DNA from: Octopus sinensis
Taxonomy: Eukaryota
DNA: 64,000 bases
Assembly: GCF_006345805.1 (NCBI RefSeq)
Contig: NC_042997.1
Span: 103,106,001 to 103,170,000 of the forward strand
Reading direction: 5' to 3'
The notes under the pieces were generated by a model that worked only from the letters and a program-made list of their open reading frames with translations, did not search any database and was not told the origin of the DNA. Below are positions 14,698-27,478 of the stretch, piece after piece (position 1 is the first letter of the stretch; each line of letters starts with the position of its first letter). Position numbers and translations under genes: made by a program.

Positions 14698-15597
14698 TAG
14701 TTTTATTTTTGTTGTGTGCTTTCACTTCACTACCGAGCGCAGCTCTGTGTGCCTTGGGTATGTGCTGTGATTTGTTGTGATGCTCTGATGGTTATTGTAT
14801 GAAAAGTGTTATGCGTAGGATGCGTGCAGTGCCTAGTAGTGCAATTTTCTGTATGTTATATGTGTTTGTAAGTCCTGGTATTTTTGTTATGTATTTGTCT
14901 GAATATTTTTTTATCATGCCTAATGCACCTACTATGATAGGGATTGTTTCTGTTTTTAGATTCCACATTCTGGTTACCTCTATTTCCAGGTCTTTGTATT
15001 TTGAAAGTTTCTCCATTTCTTTTAGAGACACGTTGTCATCTGCCGGTATTGATACATCAATTAGAAAGCATTTTTTTTTTCTTCATGATCTCTGACAACT
15101 ATATCTGGTCTGTTGGCCTTAATTTCTCTATCTGTGTGTATCGGCATATCCCAGAGTATGGTTGCTTTCTCGTTTTCTGTGACCTTTTCTGGTGTGTGCC
15201 TATAGCATCTTTTTTCTGTTGTTATTCCATAATGTTGGCATAGCTTCTAGTGTATGTAGGTTCCGACTCTGTCATGTTTGTGAATATATTCCTTCTTAGC
15301 CAGGACTGGGCAGCCAGATATAATATGATTTATTGTTTCTTGTCCATCTCCACATATTCTGCAGTTACTTGTTATATTTCTTTTCATTACATGTTTTTGG
15401 TAATTTCTGGTGGGGAGGCTTTGGTCTTGTGCTGCAAATAAAAATCCCTCTGTCTCTGCTTTGAGTCCTGAGCTTCTCAACCATTGCTGTGATTTTTCTT
15501 TGTCTATTTCTTTTGCGTTTAGTTTAGTCCAGTATTTACCATGAAGGGGCTTTTCTTGCCACCGTTTTATCATGGTTCGTTGCTGTTCTATTTTTTA
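14695..15597 (-). mobile_element. 5'-truncated R4/Dong-like RLE LINE, TAA-bounded
   Basis: Encodes CRICGDGQETINHIISGC, HKHDRV, RPDIVV, IDVSIP and EKLSKY. It is nearly identical to 49560-50436 and has (TTA)n on both sides. Confidence 0.92.
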
Positions 15598-15599
15598 AA

Positions 15600-15709
<110 letters not shown>

Positions 15710-15841
15710 GCTGTTATTCTTATTCTCCATTTTTCAACTAACTATGTGATTAGCATTGTTACTAGTAGCCAAATTATCACCATTATTTTTGCTATTACCA
15801 TTATTCATTGTAATATTATTGGTGTTAATATTATGCTATCA

Positions 15842-16072
15842 GAAGGTGGTGAACTGGCAGAATTGTTTGCTCTCCAGGCAAAATACTTAGCGACATTTCG
15901 TCCGTCTCTACACTCTGAATTCAAACGCCGCCGCCGTCGACTTTGCCTTTCATCCTTTCGGAGTCGATAAAATAAGTACCAGTGAAACACTAGGGTCGAT
16001 ATAATCGACTAGTCCCCCCCCCCCGAAATTAGTGGCTTTGTGCCAAAGCTTGAAACCAATATTATGACTACC
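15842..16072 (+). mobile_element. SINE family B
   Basis: AGGTGGTGAACTGGCAGAA head, GCCTTTCATCCTTTCGGAGTCGATAAAATAAGTACCAG body, TTTGTGCCAAAGCTTGAAACCAAT tail. Confidence 0.85.
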
Positions 16073-16862
16073 AGTGTTTTTATCATTATTACAATTATTA
16101 TCATAATAATCATTACTATATGTCGCAATATTTCTATGATCATGCGATTCCACACTAGATACACCAAGTATCATTATTCTTTCATCATCTAGTATTTATG
16201 TCATCGTCTATATGAGCTGTCTATATTATTATTGCCAGTAAAATCATAGTTCTGTTTAAGTTTCTTATTACTCAACTTAAAAATATAGTATTCTAAGTTG
16301 TAAGACATTGCTTAAGATAATTACACTGTGTGTCCGTTAAAGATGTGATATTCACTGCATTTGAGGAAATGCTTATCCAACGCATATACAGGATTATACG
16401 TTTTGCTGATCAAGAGATCCATTTCTTGTCGCGTCTAACGATGTTTTGTTTATTCGATTGGATGAAACATTGGTCCGCCATTAGTCACCTAAGTTGAAAT
16501 CCGCTGGGTGTATTTCCTCAATATTATCTGAAAGGCGATTTTATTTTGTCTACATTCCTTATGTTGTCAAAGAGATAATATTTTTATGATTTGTATGGAG
16601 AAATTTGGAACCAATCCAATAGGAAATCAATTACTCCTTCGCTGAAATCTACAAAAGTTACGGGTTTAGTCTTCAGACTTTCAGGTCTCCGTAACAGCAT
16701 TTTGCATACAAGAAAGAATAACTTCAATACAAAGTATTTATTTTTAATAAAGATCGTTTTTTTACAGTCAAAATAAAAAGTAACTTTAGGTAATTTGATT
16801 ATATAATTTTCAATCACCATATTACAAATAGTTTTACAACCGTAGTCAAATTAAAAGAACTG

Positions 16863-17045
16863 TATTACATCCGCCTTAGCGAAGGCGGAAGTACTATTTT
16901 CGGTCGTGTTTTTTTTTTTTGTTTGTTTGTTTGTCCGTGGATGGATTCGGTTGAAATTTTCAGGTATGTTTGGTCTTAATACTGGCACGAACTGATTCAA
17001 TTTTGGGATCGATCCGATACTGAACAAGGATTCAGGATTATTTTT
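16863..17045 (+). mobile_element. Helentron-associated (HINE/DINE-like) non-autonomous element fragment
   Basis: TATTACATCCGCCTTAGCGAAGGCGGA terminal hairpin, then a (GTTT)n tract and CGGTTGAAATTT... typical of HINE architecture. The other end was not found. Confidence 0.45.
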
Positions 17046-17308
17046 GACTCTTATACAAAGAGCGTATTTTATATTTATAAAGTTATTTTATGCTTCAGGC
17101 AATAAACCTAACAAGGAAATATTGTTTATGCTTCTTTATCTAATGAATTGAAACTAAGATAATAAACATATCTTCAAATTCTTATATCTTATTGATATAA
17201 CTGTATGAAAGTTTGGAATAGGGTCACTGTTATAATTAGCAACAGTAACGATTCCATTTTCATACTGTCACAAGTCATTCTATCTAATTTTAAAACATTT
17301 CAAACAGT

Positions 17309-17666
17309 CGCGTGGCTGTTTGGTAAGAAGCTTGCTTCACAACTATTGTTCCCAACCATAGCCCGGGTTCAGTCCCACTGCGTGGCACCTTGGGCAAGTG
17401 TCTTCTGCTATACCCTCGGGCCGACCAATGCCTTGTGACTGGATTTGATAGACGAAAACATATACATATATGTGTGTGTGTGTGTTTGTACACCCCCACC
17501 ATTGCTTGACGACTGATGTTGGTGTGTTTACGTCCCCTTAAATTAACGGTTCGGCAAAAGAGACCGACTGAATAAGTACCAGGCTTACAAAGAATAAGTC
17601 CTTGGGTCGATCTGTTCGACTAAAGATTGTGCTGCAACATGGCCGCAGTCGGATGAATAAAAGAAT
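17309..17666 (+). mobile_element. CORE-type tRNA-derived SINE
   Basis: GTGGCTGTTTGGTAAG head, GGTTCAGTCCC B-box, CORE-like ACCTTGGGCAAGTG. Confidence 0.85.
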
Positions 17667-19427
17667 ATACCCAGTAGCAAAATTATTTTTAGCGTCATCG
17701 ACGGAAATAGGAGCGATTTCATTCAAATTAAGGTAGTTTTAACAGCAAAAAATGAATTATTCAAACCGGTCAAACATACCAATTATTGTCCTATCATATG
17801 TAGAGCTAAATGTCAATAACCGAAATAGTCTGGTACAAGCAATCGGTCAGATGAACAAGTGAAAAATTAGTACGTTGACGTTCTTGACATTTTGCATACA
17901 CGTATTTTGTTTTCCAAAATTTTGTACGGAATTAAATGTGGAATTAAGTGCAATATAACCTTTACAAAAGTTACATACGAGATACTAGCAATAGATGCGA
18001 TTTTTATGGGGCTATCTTCTAACATCACTGGTATTTTATCGATTATGAGAAAGTGAAATCTGTAACCGAATGTATAATAAGCAAGCATTAGCTAATGTTT
18101 AATTTAGACATGATACAGATCTTCATCCTCAATAAATTAAATACACTTATTTAAGAGAATCTACAAGCAGATAAATTTGTATATTAGCAGGGACAATGTG
18201 AGCACGGGAGTAAAATGTTCTAAATTAATGAAACCATGCAAAAGTATAGAGAAGACGAAGTGGAATATTAAGAACATCGGAGTTGAAGTTCATAGTTTCA
18301 TTTAAATGTAATTTTACCTCCTCCACATTACGTACTAACTCCCACCAGAAAACGTTTTATGGAGCTTCCTATATCGACTTCCTATGAAGTGAAAGATGGT
18401 GGATGATGGGAAAGAGATGAGTCATTTGTGTATGATAGAGATGAAGGCAGTCTAACAAAATTTTTAAAATTGCCGATACCTACCTTGCATACTCTTTCAA
18501 ACGTAGTAAACCTGACATTTAGGAATACAGAAATATGCTCTAGTAGTGGAGAAAGGTGACTAGGATGGACTCTAACTTATATTAGTAAGAGTCAAATGGG
18601 CAGTAGTATCCCGCCAGCTCGAGAAATATGAAGGATAAATGATTTGATTAAAAAATGGTTTAGATGGATAAATGGTTTGATTAAAGTCAAGATTTTCCTA
18701 ATTTTTTATCTTATAGCTCTGATAATCTAACACTTTTGAGATCTTGACGACCTAAAAGTCTCCCCCGCAATATTTATGATTCCTATAGTTTTTGACCAAC
18801 AAAGCTGTGTTCCCCAAAGTGCACAAAATATATTTTTCTTAAACTCTGCGAAAAACATTCGGTAACATATCAGTTACACATGCGCATGAGAGGGTGTTAT
18901 CGGGGAATAAAAATGGCTTTTCAAATTTAAGGACATCATCAACATGCTGCCGAATACCTTCTGGTCTTCCCTTTAATATTCTTCGCTACACTTTTTTCCA
19001 CCCAAATACCCTGAATTTTATATAATTCGAAATTCAAATTCCAACTTCTACTCTGATATCTTGCAGTATCTGTTTCCTTCTATTATTTCTTGTAGTCAAA
19101 TTTTCCCTACCACTCTAGTCTTTTTACAAGCAACACGTTTTATGAACTAAAACTAATTATTATTGAGACAAATCTGAAAAAAGTATTAGGCCGTTTTTCT
19201 AAAAGGTATTGTCACGAATTAACTTTTATAAATTAAAAAAAAAAAATATTAAAGCATCAACGATAAAGCCAAGTCGAATTAGAAAACTGCCTATAAAATA
19301 ACAATAGATGAATGAAGCCAGTTAGAAAGAAGTGCAGCAAATATGAGTCGACGGTTTTGAGGTAATATGAATTTGGTCATACTCGCATTCTAGAGAAACA
19401 CTCTGAACACACCATGAGTCTCATCAT

Positions 19428-19645
19428 ATATACATACACACATACATACATACATACATACATACATACATACATACATACATACATACATACACATACA
19501 TACATACATACATACATACATACATACATACATACATACATACATACATACACACACACATACATACATACATACATACATACATACATACATACATACA
19601 TACATACATACATACATGCATACGTACATACATACATACATACAC
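19428..19645. repeat. (TACA)n microsatellite
   Basis: Direct reading of the sequence. Confidence 0.95.
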
Positions 19646-20264
19646 AGAAGTTCTAAATGACCGCTATATCTGGAACTTCAAAAGTCTGCAAGAACTTCTT
19701 AAGTTTTAAAGGATGGCGGTTAGATTCTTTCCCAACCTTGCAACCCAGTCGGTGGCCGGTAAAAGTTTACTTTAATTTAAAAAAGGAAGGAAAACACAGG
19801 CAGACACACAGACACACGTGTGCGTATGTACATATGAATGCATGTGTGTATATATATATATATGCATGTGAATGTGTTTGTGTGTGTGCGTTCCGTGTGG
19901 CGGTTGATTTCTGTTGTTCGAAGAAAAGAATTCAATGGCCTATCAACTGAATGACCTGCTCCTGATTTAATATGTAAGTTTTTGTCACGTACCTTTAACA
20001 TAATTGTCAGGCAACGTCAGCGTGATATGTACGTGTGACAAGGGTGTAACTTTTTTTAGTACAGTTGCAGTCCATTCAATGTATACAGTTTTCCTCTGCG
20101 CAATCTTAATTTCATTTACAAGGTATGGGTCGACTTGTGATTATAAAAAAAATGCCATTTGTCCAAGAGAGCATTTGGTCAGATCGAAGTCCAGGACATT
20201 GTAGTTGCGGAGCAAAGTTCTTAACCATTCTGACATACTGCTACTCCTCCCGCAATTACATATA

Positions 20265-20395
20265 CAGGGTGTCCCAAAAAAATGTATACACACCTTAAAT
20301 AATTGTAAATTTGTTATTCTTTGTAAGCCTAGTACTTATTCTATCGTTCTCTTTTGCTGAACCACTATGTGTATACATTTTTTGGGGACACCCTG
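20265..20395. mobile_element. 131-bp Tc1/mariner-type MITE with TA TSD
   Basis: TA|CAGGGTGTCCCAAAAAAATGTATACACA ... TGTGTATACATTTTTTGGGGACACCCTG|TA. Confidence 0.9.
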
Positions 20396-20469
20396 TATAT
20401 ATGTGTGTGTGCATGTGCGCATGTGCGTGTGTGTGTGTGTGAGTGTGTGTGCGAATATGTGTGTGCGCA

Positions 20470-20850
20470 CATTTATGTGTTTGGCTAAGAAGCTCATTCT
20501 CAACGACATGGTTCCGAGTTTAGTCCTACTGCGCTACAACTTTGTCAAGGTTTTCCTACTCTAGCCTCAGGCCAACCAATGACTTGTGAGTGCATTTTGT
20601 AGTCGGAAACAGAAAGAAGCCATCGTATGTATGTATGTATGTATGTATGTATGTATGTATGTATGTATGTATGTATGTATGTATGTATGTATGTATGTAT
20701 GTATGTATGTATGTGTATGTGCTTACGTCCCCATAGCTAGCGGCTCGGTAAAAGAGAAAAAAGAGAACGATAGAATAAGTATAAAAATGAAAAAAATAAG
20801 GGGAGGGGCGATTCGTTGAACTAAAAGTTTTCGAGACAGTGTCCCAGTAC
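20470..20850 (+). mobile_element. CORE-type SINE (diverged) with expanded internal (GTAT)n
   Basis: Collinear with 23593-23997. Confidence 0.75.
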
Positions 20851-20912
20851 GGGTAATTTGATTTAGTCATTAAAATTCCCACACATATTGTATTGACCAA
20901 TCTATCACAATT

Positions 20913-21528
20913 AAGGCGGCGAGCTGGCAGAAACGTTAGCACGCCGGGCGAAATGCGTAGCCGTATTTCGTCTGCCCTTACGTTCTGAGTTCAAATTCCG
21001 CAAAGGTCGACTTTGCCTTTCATCCTTTCGGGGTCGATAAATTAAGTACCAGTTACGCACTGGGGTCGATGTAATCGACTTAATCCGTTTGTCTGTCCTT
21101 GTTTGTCCTCTCTGTGTTTAACCTCTTGTGGGTAGTAAAGAAATAGGTATTTCGTTCGCCGCTACGTTCTGAGTTCAAATTCCACCGAGGTGGACTTTGC
21201 CTTTCATCCTTTCGGGGTCGATAAATTAAGTACCAGTTACGCACTGGGGTCAATGTAATCGATTTAATCCGTTCGTCTGTCCATGTTTGTCTCCTCTATG
21301 TTTAGCCCCTTGTGGGCAATAAAGAAATAAGAAACGTTAGCAAGCCGAACGAAATGCTTAGTAGTATTTCGTCTGCCACTACGATCTGAGTTCAAATTCC
21401 ACCGCGGCAGACTTTGCTTTTTATCCTTTTTGGAGTCAATAAGTTATGTACTAGTTATGTATTGGGGTCGATCTAATCGACTTGTCCTCTCTCCCAAAAT
21501 TTCGACCCTTGTGCCTAGAGTAAAAAGA
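20913..21528 (+). mobile_element. Head-to-tail trimer of SINE family B
   Basis: Three successive TTCTGAGTTCAAATTCC...GACTTTGCCTTTCATCCTTTCGGGGTCGATAAATTAAGTACCAG units at ~20980, ~21165 and ~21385. Confidence 0.85.
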
Positions 21529-22455
21529 ATCAACTTAAATATATTTTATCGTTTACACCCCACTCTGAAACTTAGGTCCCTAATAGCATAATACGCATTC
21601 TGGCTAGTCCAGCTAACAGAAAATTCCAAGTACTCACTCCATACACTGTTGCTCTTTCCACCATTCTGCTATCTCACTTAGCATCCCGTTGTCCTAACCA
21701 CGCAATGACTGGTCACTTCTTTCTTCATATCTTCCTCTAACTTGAAAACTTCATACATCTATCCCTCGTCATATTTGTTGGATTCCATTTGCCTATTGTT
21801 ATGACCTTATATCCTCCGTCTCTCTTTCTTTAAACTCACTCCTCGACTTCTCCCGCAACGAGTATATCTTTATTTCCTACACACGTTCTTATCTCACCCT
21901 CCTCCGATGGAATAGATTGTTACTAAAAATATTGGCGGTCGGCCACCTTACGAGGAAATGTAACATCTGCGCGTCTGTTCTTGAAAGTGTCGTGTTTACC
22001 TGCGCACCTTCTTCCTTCCCATCCAGGTTTGGATTTTTCTTATCTTGACCTGCTTCGCCTATTATCTAATATCAATAATATGGACTTATCTATAATCATT
22101 CCTCGAGAATACCAGCTTATACCAAACTACTACGAACATCCCTCAACTGATCTTTTAGTGTCCTATGACATAAACTTTTGTAGTAGTCACTTAGTTTTGT
22201 CAATGTCATAATCTGACCTGATACTAGTTTGTCTGCTTAAGTCTTTATTCTATTATACATATACCAGCTCCATTGAAACCCAGCCTATAGCCAGTTTTTA
22301 TTATGCAGCTATAAAATTCCCTGCTGTTTCTATTGCAGATCAAGTGGAAGAATTAGGCGGCAAGTCAACCGGAGCACTATTATCTTACGTCAGCAGAATT
22401 ATTATTACTTGAAATATACCTAATGCGATGAATTACAACCACTATATGATTGTCA

Positions 22456-22770
22456 GGAGTGGCTGTGTGGTAAGTAGCTTGCTTACCAACCACGTGTTTT
22501 CTACTATAGCCTCGGGTCGATAAAAGCCTTGTGAGTGGATTTGGTGGACGGAAACTGAAAGAAGTCCATCGTATATACGTATATATGTATGTGTGTATAT
22601 GTTTGTATGTCTGTGTTCGTCCCCACAACATCGCTAGACAACCGATGGTGGTGTGTTGACGTCCCCCGTAACTTAGCGGTTCTGCAAAAGAGACCGATAG
22701 AATAAGTACTAAGGTTCCAAAGAATAAGTCCTGGGGTCGATTTGCTCGACTAAAGGCGGTGCTCCATAAC
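22456..22770 (+). mobile_element. CORE-type SINE (internal deletion)
   Basis: GGAGTGGCTGTGTGGTAAGTAGCTTGC head; collinear with 23593-23997. Confidence 0.85.
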
Positions 22771-22864
22771 TACCGTCCCGGCTATAACCCTAGAGCCCTA
22801 GTAATCCGTTACAGCACTTAACTAGTTTTCATAATCATTTAGAACACCTGTGAACTAAACTCCC

Positions 22865-22865
<1 letters not shown>

Positions 22866-22903
<38 letters not shown>

Positions 22904-22911
22904 ATAGACTA

Positions 22912-22991
<80 letters not shown>

Positions 22992-22999
22992 ATATATAT

Positions 23000-23030
<31 letters not shown>

Positions 23031-23080
23031 TGTATGTATATATATATATGTATGTGAATATATATATATATATATATATA
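22866..23080. repeat. (TA)n microsatellite
   Basis: Direct reading of the sequence. Confidence 0.95.
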
Positions 23081-23592
23081 TCAAAAGGATGTATTATAAT
23101 ACTATTCCACATATACAAAAACAGCCATACTAACAATCCAACATACCCCTTCTCCGTCCTAGATACTACGCTGGGAATATAGTGGGTGTAATTCATCGCA
23201 TTAGGTATCATTCATGACTGACTTGATCCTATTACGTAAGCCAACGAAAAAGCATTTATGTTTAATGTTTCAATAACTCATTCCGGATGTGTTAACCACC
23301 CATAAAGCTGTAAAAGTGATTAAAAAAAAAAGAAGTTGACTAACTAGCTAAAGTTTTTGAAGAAGAGATGTAGATCCCCAATTCATCAATTTTTTGTGGG
23401 TGTATTTTCTTAGTTGTTTTTCTTAGTTGTACTAGGTTTATACCATCGTCTAGATTCCTACAGCTTAACACTTTTACAGCTTTACACTAAACAAGTACTC
23501 TAGAAGTTATCTAAGATTATACCAGAATCCCCACAAAATTTTTTCTCATATAACTATACAGACCTACATGCACTCATAAAGAATACTATATA

Positions 23593-23997
23593 GGCGTAGG
23601 AGTGGCTGTGTGGTAAGTAGCTTGCTTACGAACCACATGGTTACGGATTCAGTCCCACTGCGTGGCACCTTGGGCAAGTGTCTTCTACTATAGCCTCGGG
23701 CCAACCAAATCCTTGTGAGTGGATTTGGTAGACGTAAACTGAAAGAAGCCCGTCGTATATATGTGTATATATATATATATGTATATGTGTGTGTATATGC
23801 TTGTGTGTCTGTGTTTGTCCCCCCCCCCAACATCGCTTGACAACCGATGGTGGTGTGTTTACGTCCCCGTGACTTAACAGTTCGGCAAAACAGACCGATA
23901 GAATAAGTACTAGGCTTACAAAGAATAAGTCCTGGGGTCGATTTGCTCGACTAAAGGCGGTGCTCCAGCATGGCCACAGTCAAATGACTGAAACAAA
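23593..23997 (+). mobile_element. Full-length CORE-type tRNA-derived SINE (resembles octopus OR-type SINEs)
   Basis: tRNA-like head, CORE-like GCACCTTGGGCAAGTGTCTT, internal (TA/TG)n and an (AAGGAGT)n tail. Confidence 0.9.
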
Positions 23998-24199
23998 TAA
24001 AGGAGTAAAGGAGTAAGGAGTAAGGAGTATGCAAATAAATTGCAAGACTCCTTTCCTTTTTCTTCTTTTTTATTGTCTTTTTAATTGAATCATATTTTAT
24101 TTTTGTTTCCCTTTTCATACATTAATATATACACACCTTCAATATCAGCCCCACTTTAGCAAAATGTGCGGAAAAGAATTTTAAGAAATTTTGTAAACG

Positions 24200-24850
24200 A
24201 ACAGTAAGCAAACCCTCCCTCCATATAACACGAAGGTTAAAAACCCTATATACCAATTAAATTGCTTTTAGAACAATGAACACCTAAAGAGAAACATATA
24301 GACATACAAACTTTGCCCAAATCAAAGCGCACAAGAGACAATATTCTATACTAACAAAGCATTGACCCTAAATAATGATAATAATAAGTAAAAAAAAAAT
24401 CAATCTAAATTTACCACCAACTACAAACGTTTGCGAAAAAATTGACATACCCAGCTACTACGGGTTTAAATACTGGACATTGTAACTTTGACTTTTATAA
24501 GTTCAAGGAAAAACGATTAAACCCAATAATTTCAAAAGCAACAAAATTACTGTCACACCTTGTACCTACTTAAGAAAAGAGAAACACTTACGCAGTTGTT
24601 TACAATGTTCCACATAAATGAATAAATTAAAAACAATAACTTAATCCCAAATTTAATCAATAAAATTTCCCTCCATAACAACCAACTATAATATCCTAAT
24701 GAATACTCTAGTCCAACCCAAAAACCCAAGGAAGATTTAAGGTCAGCTGGGACTGTATAAAGGAAAGACAAATTCTAATGCATCAGAGACCGATGACGGC
24801 TTAGCTGGTCGAAACTTCGAAGTCACTGTCAACAACATTAATACATTTTT
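24200..24850 (+). mobile_element. Degraded A/C-rich retroelement 3' region, possibly Penelope-like
   Basis: Strand-biased composition ending in a degenerate minimal hammerhead-like motif (24790-24825). No clear protein motif. Confidence 0.3.
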
Positions 24851-24999
24851 ACTCACAGAAGCATAGAGTAATCCATCAGATTAATTCAGAAGTCTTCTTA
24901 TTATAACTGAACATAAGACCAGACATTAATATATATATAACGAAAACAACTAGCATCATAGCATCAGAATTTTGAAATATCTATAAAACCGTCATTATT

Positions 25000-26192
25000 T
25001 TTACCTTTTTTTTATTTATTATTAGTGTTGCTTAATATGTTTTGCTAAAATTACTGTTTCATTTCAGATATCATCAGAAAAAAGGTTATTAAAATCCATT
25101 AAAATGACAAATCTGTCGGACTTTCAAAGAGATCAAATTGTTGGTACTCGTGTGGATGGTAGGCGCTACCGTAATGAAAACACCCGAAATATTTGGTGAA
25201 TCAAGAAGTACTGGCTCGAAATTAACGACAGCCTTTGAGAAAGAGGGAAAAAAACCTCCTCGTCGAAACAAAACACCAGAAGAAAACCAAAACTTTCAGA
25301 TAGAGACAGTCGGACTCTTACATGAATTGTTAGAAAGGATCACGAACTAGCTCCCCAAAATTACTGCAGAACTTAATGACCACCACGAGAACCTAGTTTC
25401 CAGAAAAACTGTTCGCTAGGAGCTGCACAAAACCGGGTTTCACTGGAGGGCTGCAATCAGAAAACCACTACTTTCAAAAACAAACATTGCAAAGCGTTTA
25501 GAGTGGAGTAAAAGCCTACAGAATTGGTCCTTAGAGCCGTGGAAGAATGTATTTTCTCGTTCGAGTCATCCTTTACCTTATTTCCGACCACTGGCCGAGT
25601 ATACGTGTGGAGACAGCCAAAAGAAGCACTTGACTCTGACAGCCTTTTTCCAACTGTTAAACAAGAAAGAAGAGAATCTTCGAAGATCGGGGGGTGGGCT
25701 ATATCTTGGAAATCAGCCGGCCCAATGGCTTCCCTTGATCGCAGAATTAATAGTCGAGACTATTTAAGCATTTTATCTGATCAAATTCATCAGTTGCGGA
25801 ACTGTGTCTGGAGAGAAACGCAATCTTTCACGATTATAATTCACTAATTCACACAGCTAAAGTTGTTACTGAATGGCACCAGGAACATTCTAATGAAGTT
25901 AAACATCTTAGCTGGCTACCACAGTCCCCAGATCTCAATATTATTGAATATTTATGGTGCATTTTAGAAAAACAAGTAAGGATTCGATATCGTCCACCAT
26001 CATCATTACAAAAACTGGAGACTGTTTTAGCTGAAGAATGGACAAATATTCCTTTGGAAACAATTCAAACTTTGTACGAGTCCATATCTCGTAGTATTCA
26101 CGCTGTAATTACTGCCAAAGGTGGTCCTACCGTATATTAAAATAAATTTGTTTAAAATTATTTAGGTGTTTCCAATATTTTGTTCAACCCCT
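25000..26192 (+). mobile_element. Tc1-family transposon (degraded transposase; right TIR present, left TIR not found)
   Basis: MTNLSDFQRDQIVG..., KPLLSKTNIAKRLEW, WKNVIFS.ESSF...GRVYVWR, WLPQSPDLNIIE.LW. Right TIR GGTGTTTCCAATATTTTGTTCAACCCCT|ATA. Confidence 0.9.
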
Positions 26193-26204
26193 ATATATAT
26201 GTAT

Positions 26205-26500
26205 ACACTAGACAGAGTCAAACGTATTTTTCATATTCTAAGCTTTAATTAACAGTTCAAACAAATTACATGTAAAAGCATTTATTCATCAAAATATATC
26301 CTGTCATATTCTATGGTCTGTCGCCATTGTTGTACCAGAAGCCCAATTCCTTGGTTATAACACTTGACTGGTTTGCAGACAAAGATCTCTTTTTGCACCC
26401 ATTTCATACCACATCCACATTGTTGAACCGTCACCTGTACAAGAAATGAGCTATGGCTCTGAAAAGATAGAAGTCTGATGGACTGTAGGTAAGGTGAGGC
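26205..26500 (-). mobile_element. mariner transposase C-terminal fragment
   Basis: YSPSDFYLFRAIAHFL...RFNNVD and YNQGIGLLVQQWRQTIEYDRIYFDE* match the mariner C-terminus. Confidence 0.75.
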
Positions 26501-27478
26501 AGCACTTCCAACCCCGAAAGTGTATATGTTATAAATGAAATTAAATAATAAGAAATTCAGCAATGATTAGACAGGTTAATGAGATAACATGGAGATATAA
26601 GTTGCCAAAAATCATCACCGAAAATCCGAAAAAACTTTTGAATCAATCTGGCACGTGTAATTATATATATTAAATCTGCAGAATTTACAGAGGATTTCAA
26701 GGACCGAGAATTTCGTACATTGGCACAAGAATACTTTATACTGTTATGTGGTGTAAGACTAGTGTTTCGAATAATTCAACTCCATTCCATCTATGTTTCT
26801 CTGTCACTAAATTTAGTTTGTGTGTAAGCATGCATTTATGTTTTGTCCAGTTAAAAACTGCGATTTATAAATAAATACTCTTTAGATAACCTGTTTGGAA
26901 CAAATTTACTGGAGACAAAGACAGAAAGCTTTCTATTTAAAAAGATGATGTTTCTGTTGAAGCCAGACAATCCTAGGAAATCTAAAACCTTTATTCTACA
27001 TTACTATGAACTGTGTTCAATGAAATCACTACAATATCTCTAAGTCGCAGCGTTAAATAAGTGGCTGTATTCATATCACTAACGAAAACTCGGCAGCAAC
27101 AGGCCGGTGACAATTTATGTGAGATAATAATAAATTGTCTGTGTAAGAATATGGAAACTCTATATGAGTTATTAGAGTAGAGATCAAGCAGTAAGAAAAC
27201 GATTAAAAGATTTGGGACAAATGTGTATAGAAAATCTTCGTGCAATGCTTATTTAGTTTTGTCGCGTTGTGCTTCTTTTTGGAAATATAGCAGCAGCAGG
27301 ATGAGCACTAAGAAGATCCACAGTATCGAATACTGCAAAAAATCACATTAATTTATAGGACCATTTGAAATATCGGAACCGAATAAATTGTAATTTCTTT
27401 CGCCTGATTTCCAATTTGAGTTATATAGTACGAAAAAACAATTTTGTATTTGTTTTCGTTTTCACTTTTAATAAAACA

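Noticed and set aside
18480-19010. Possible minus-strand micro-exons (cag|GGTATTTGG...AGAAG|gtattc and cag|GTTTACTACG...GCAAG|gtaggt)
   Set aside because: Splice-like dinucleotides are common, the joined peptide has no recognisable homology, and no transcript evidence is available.
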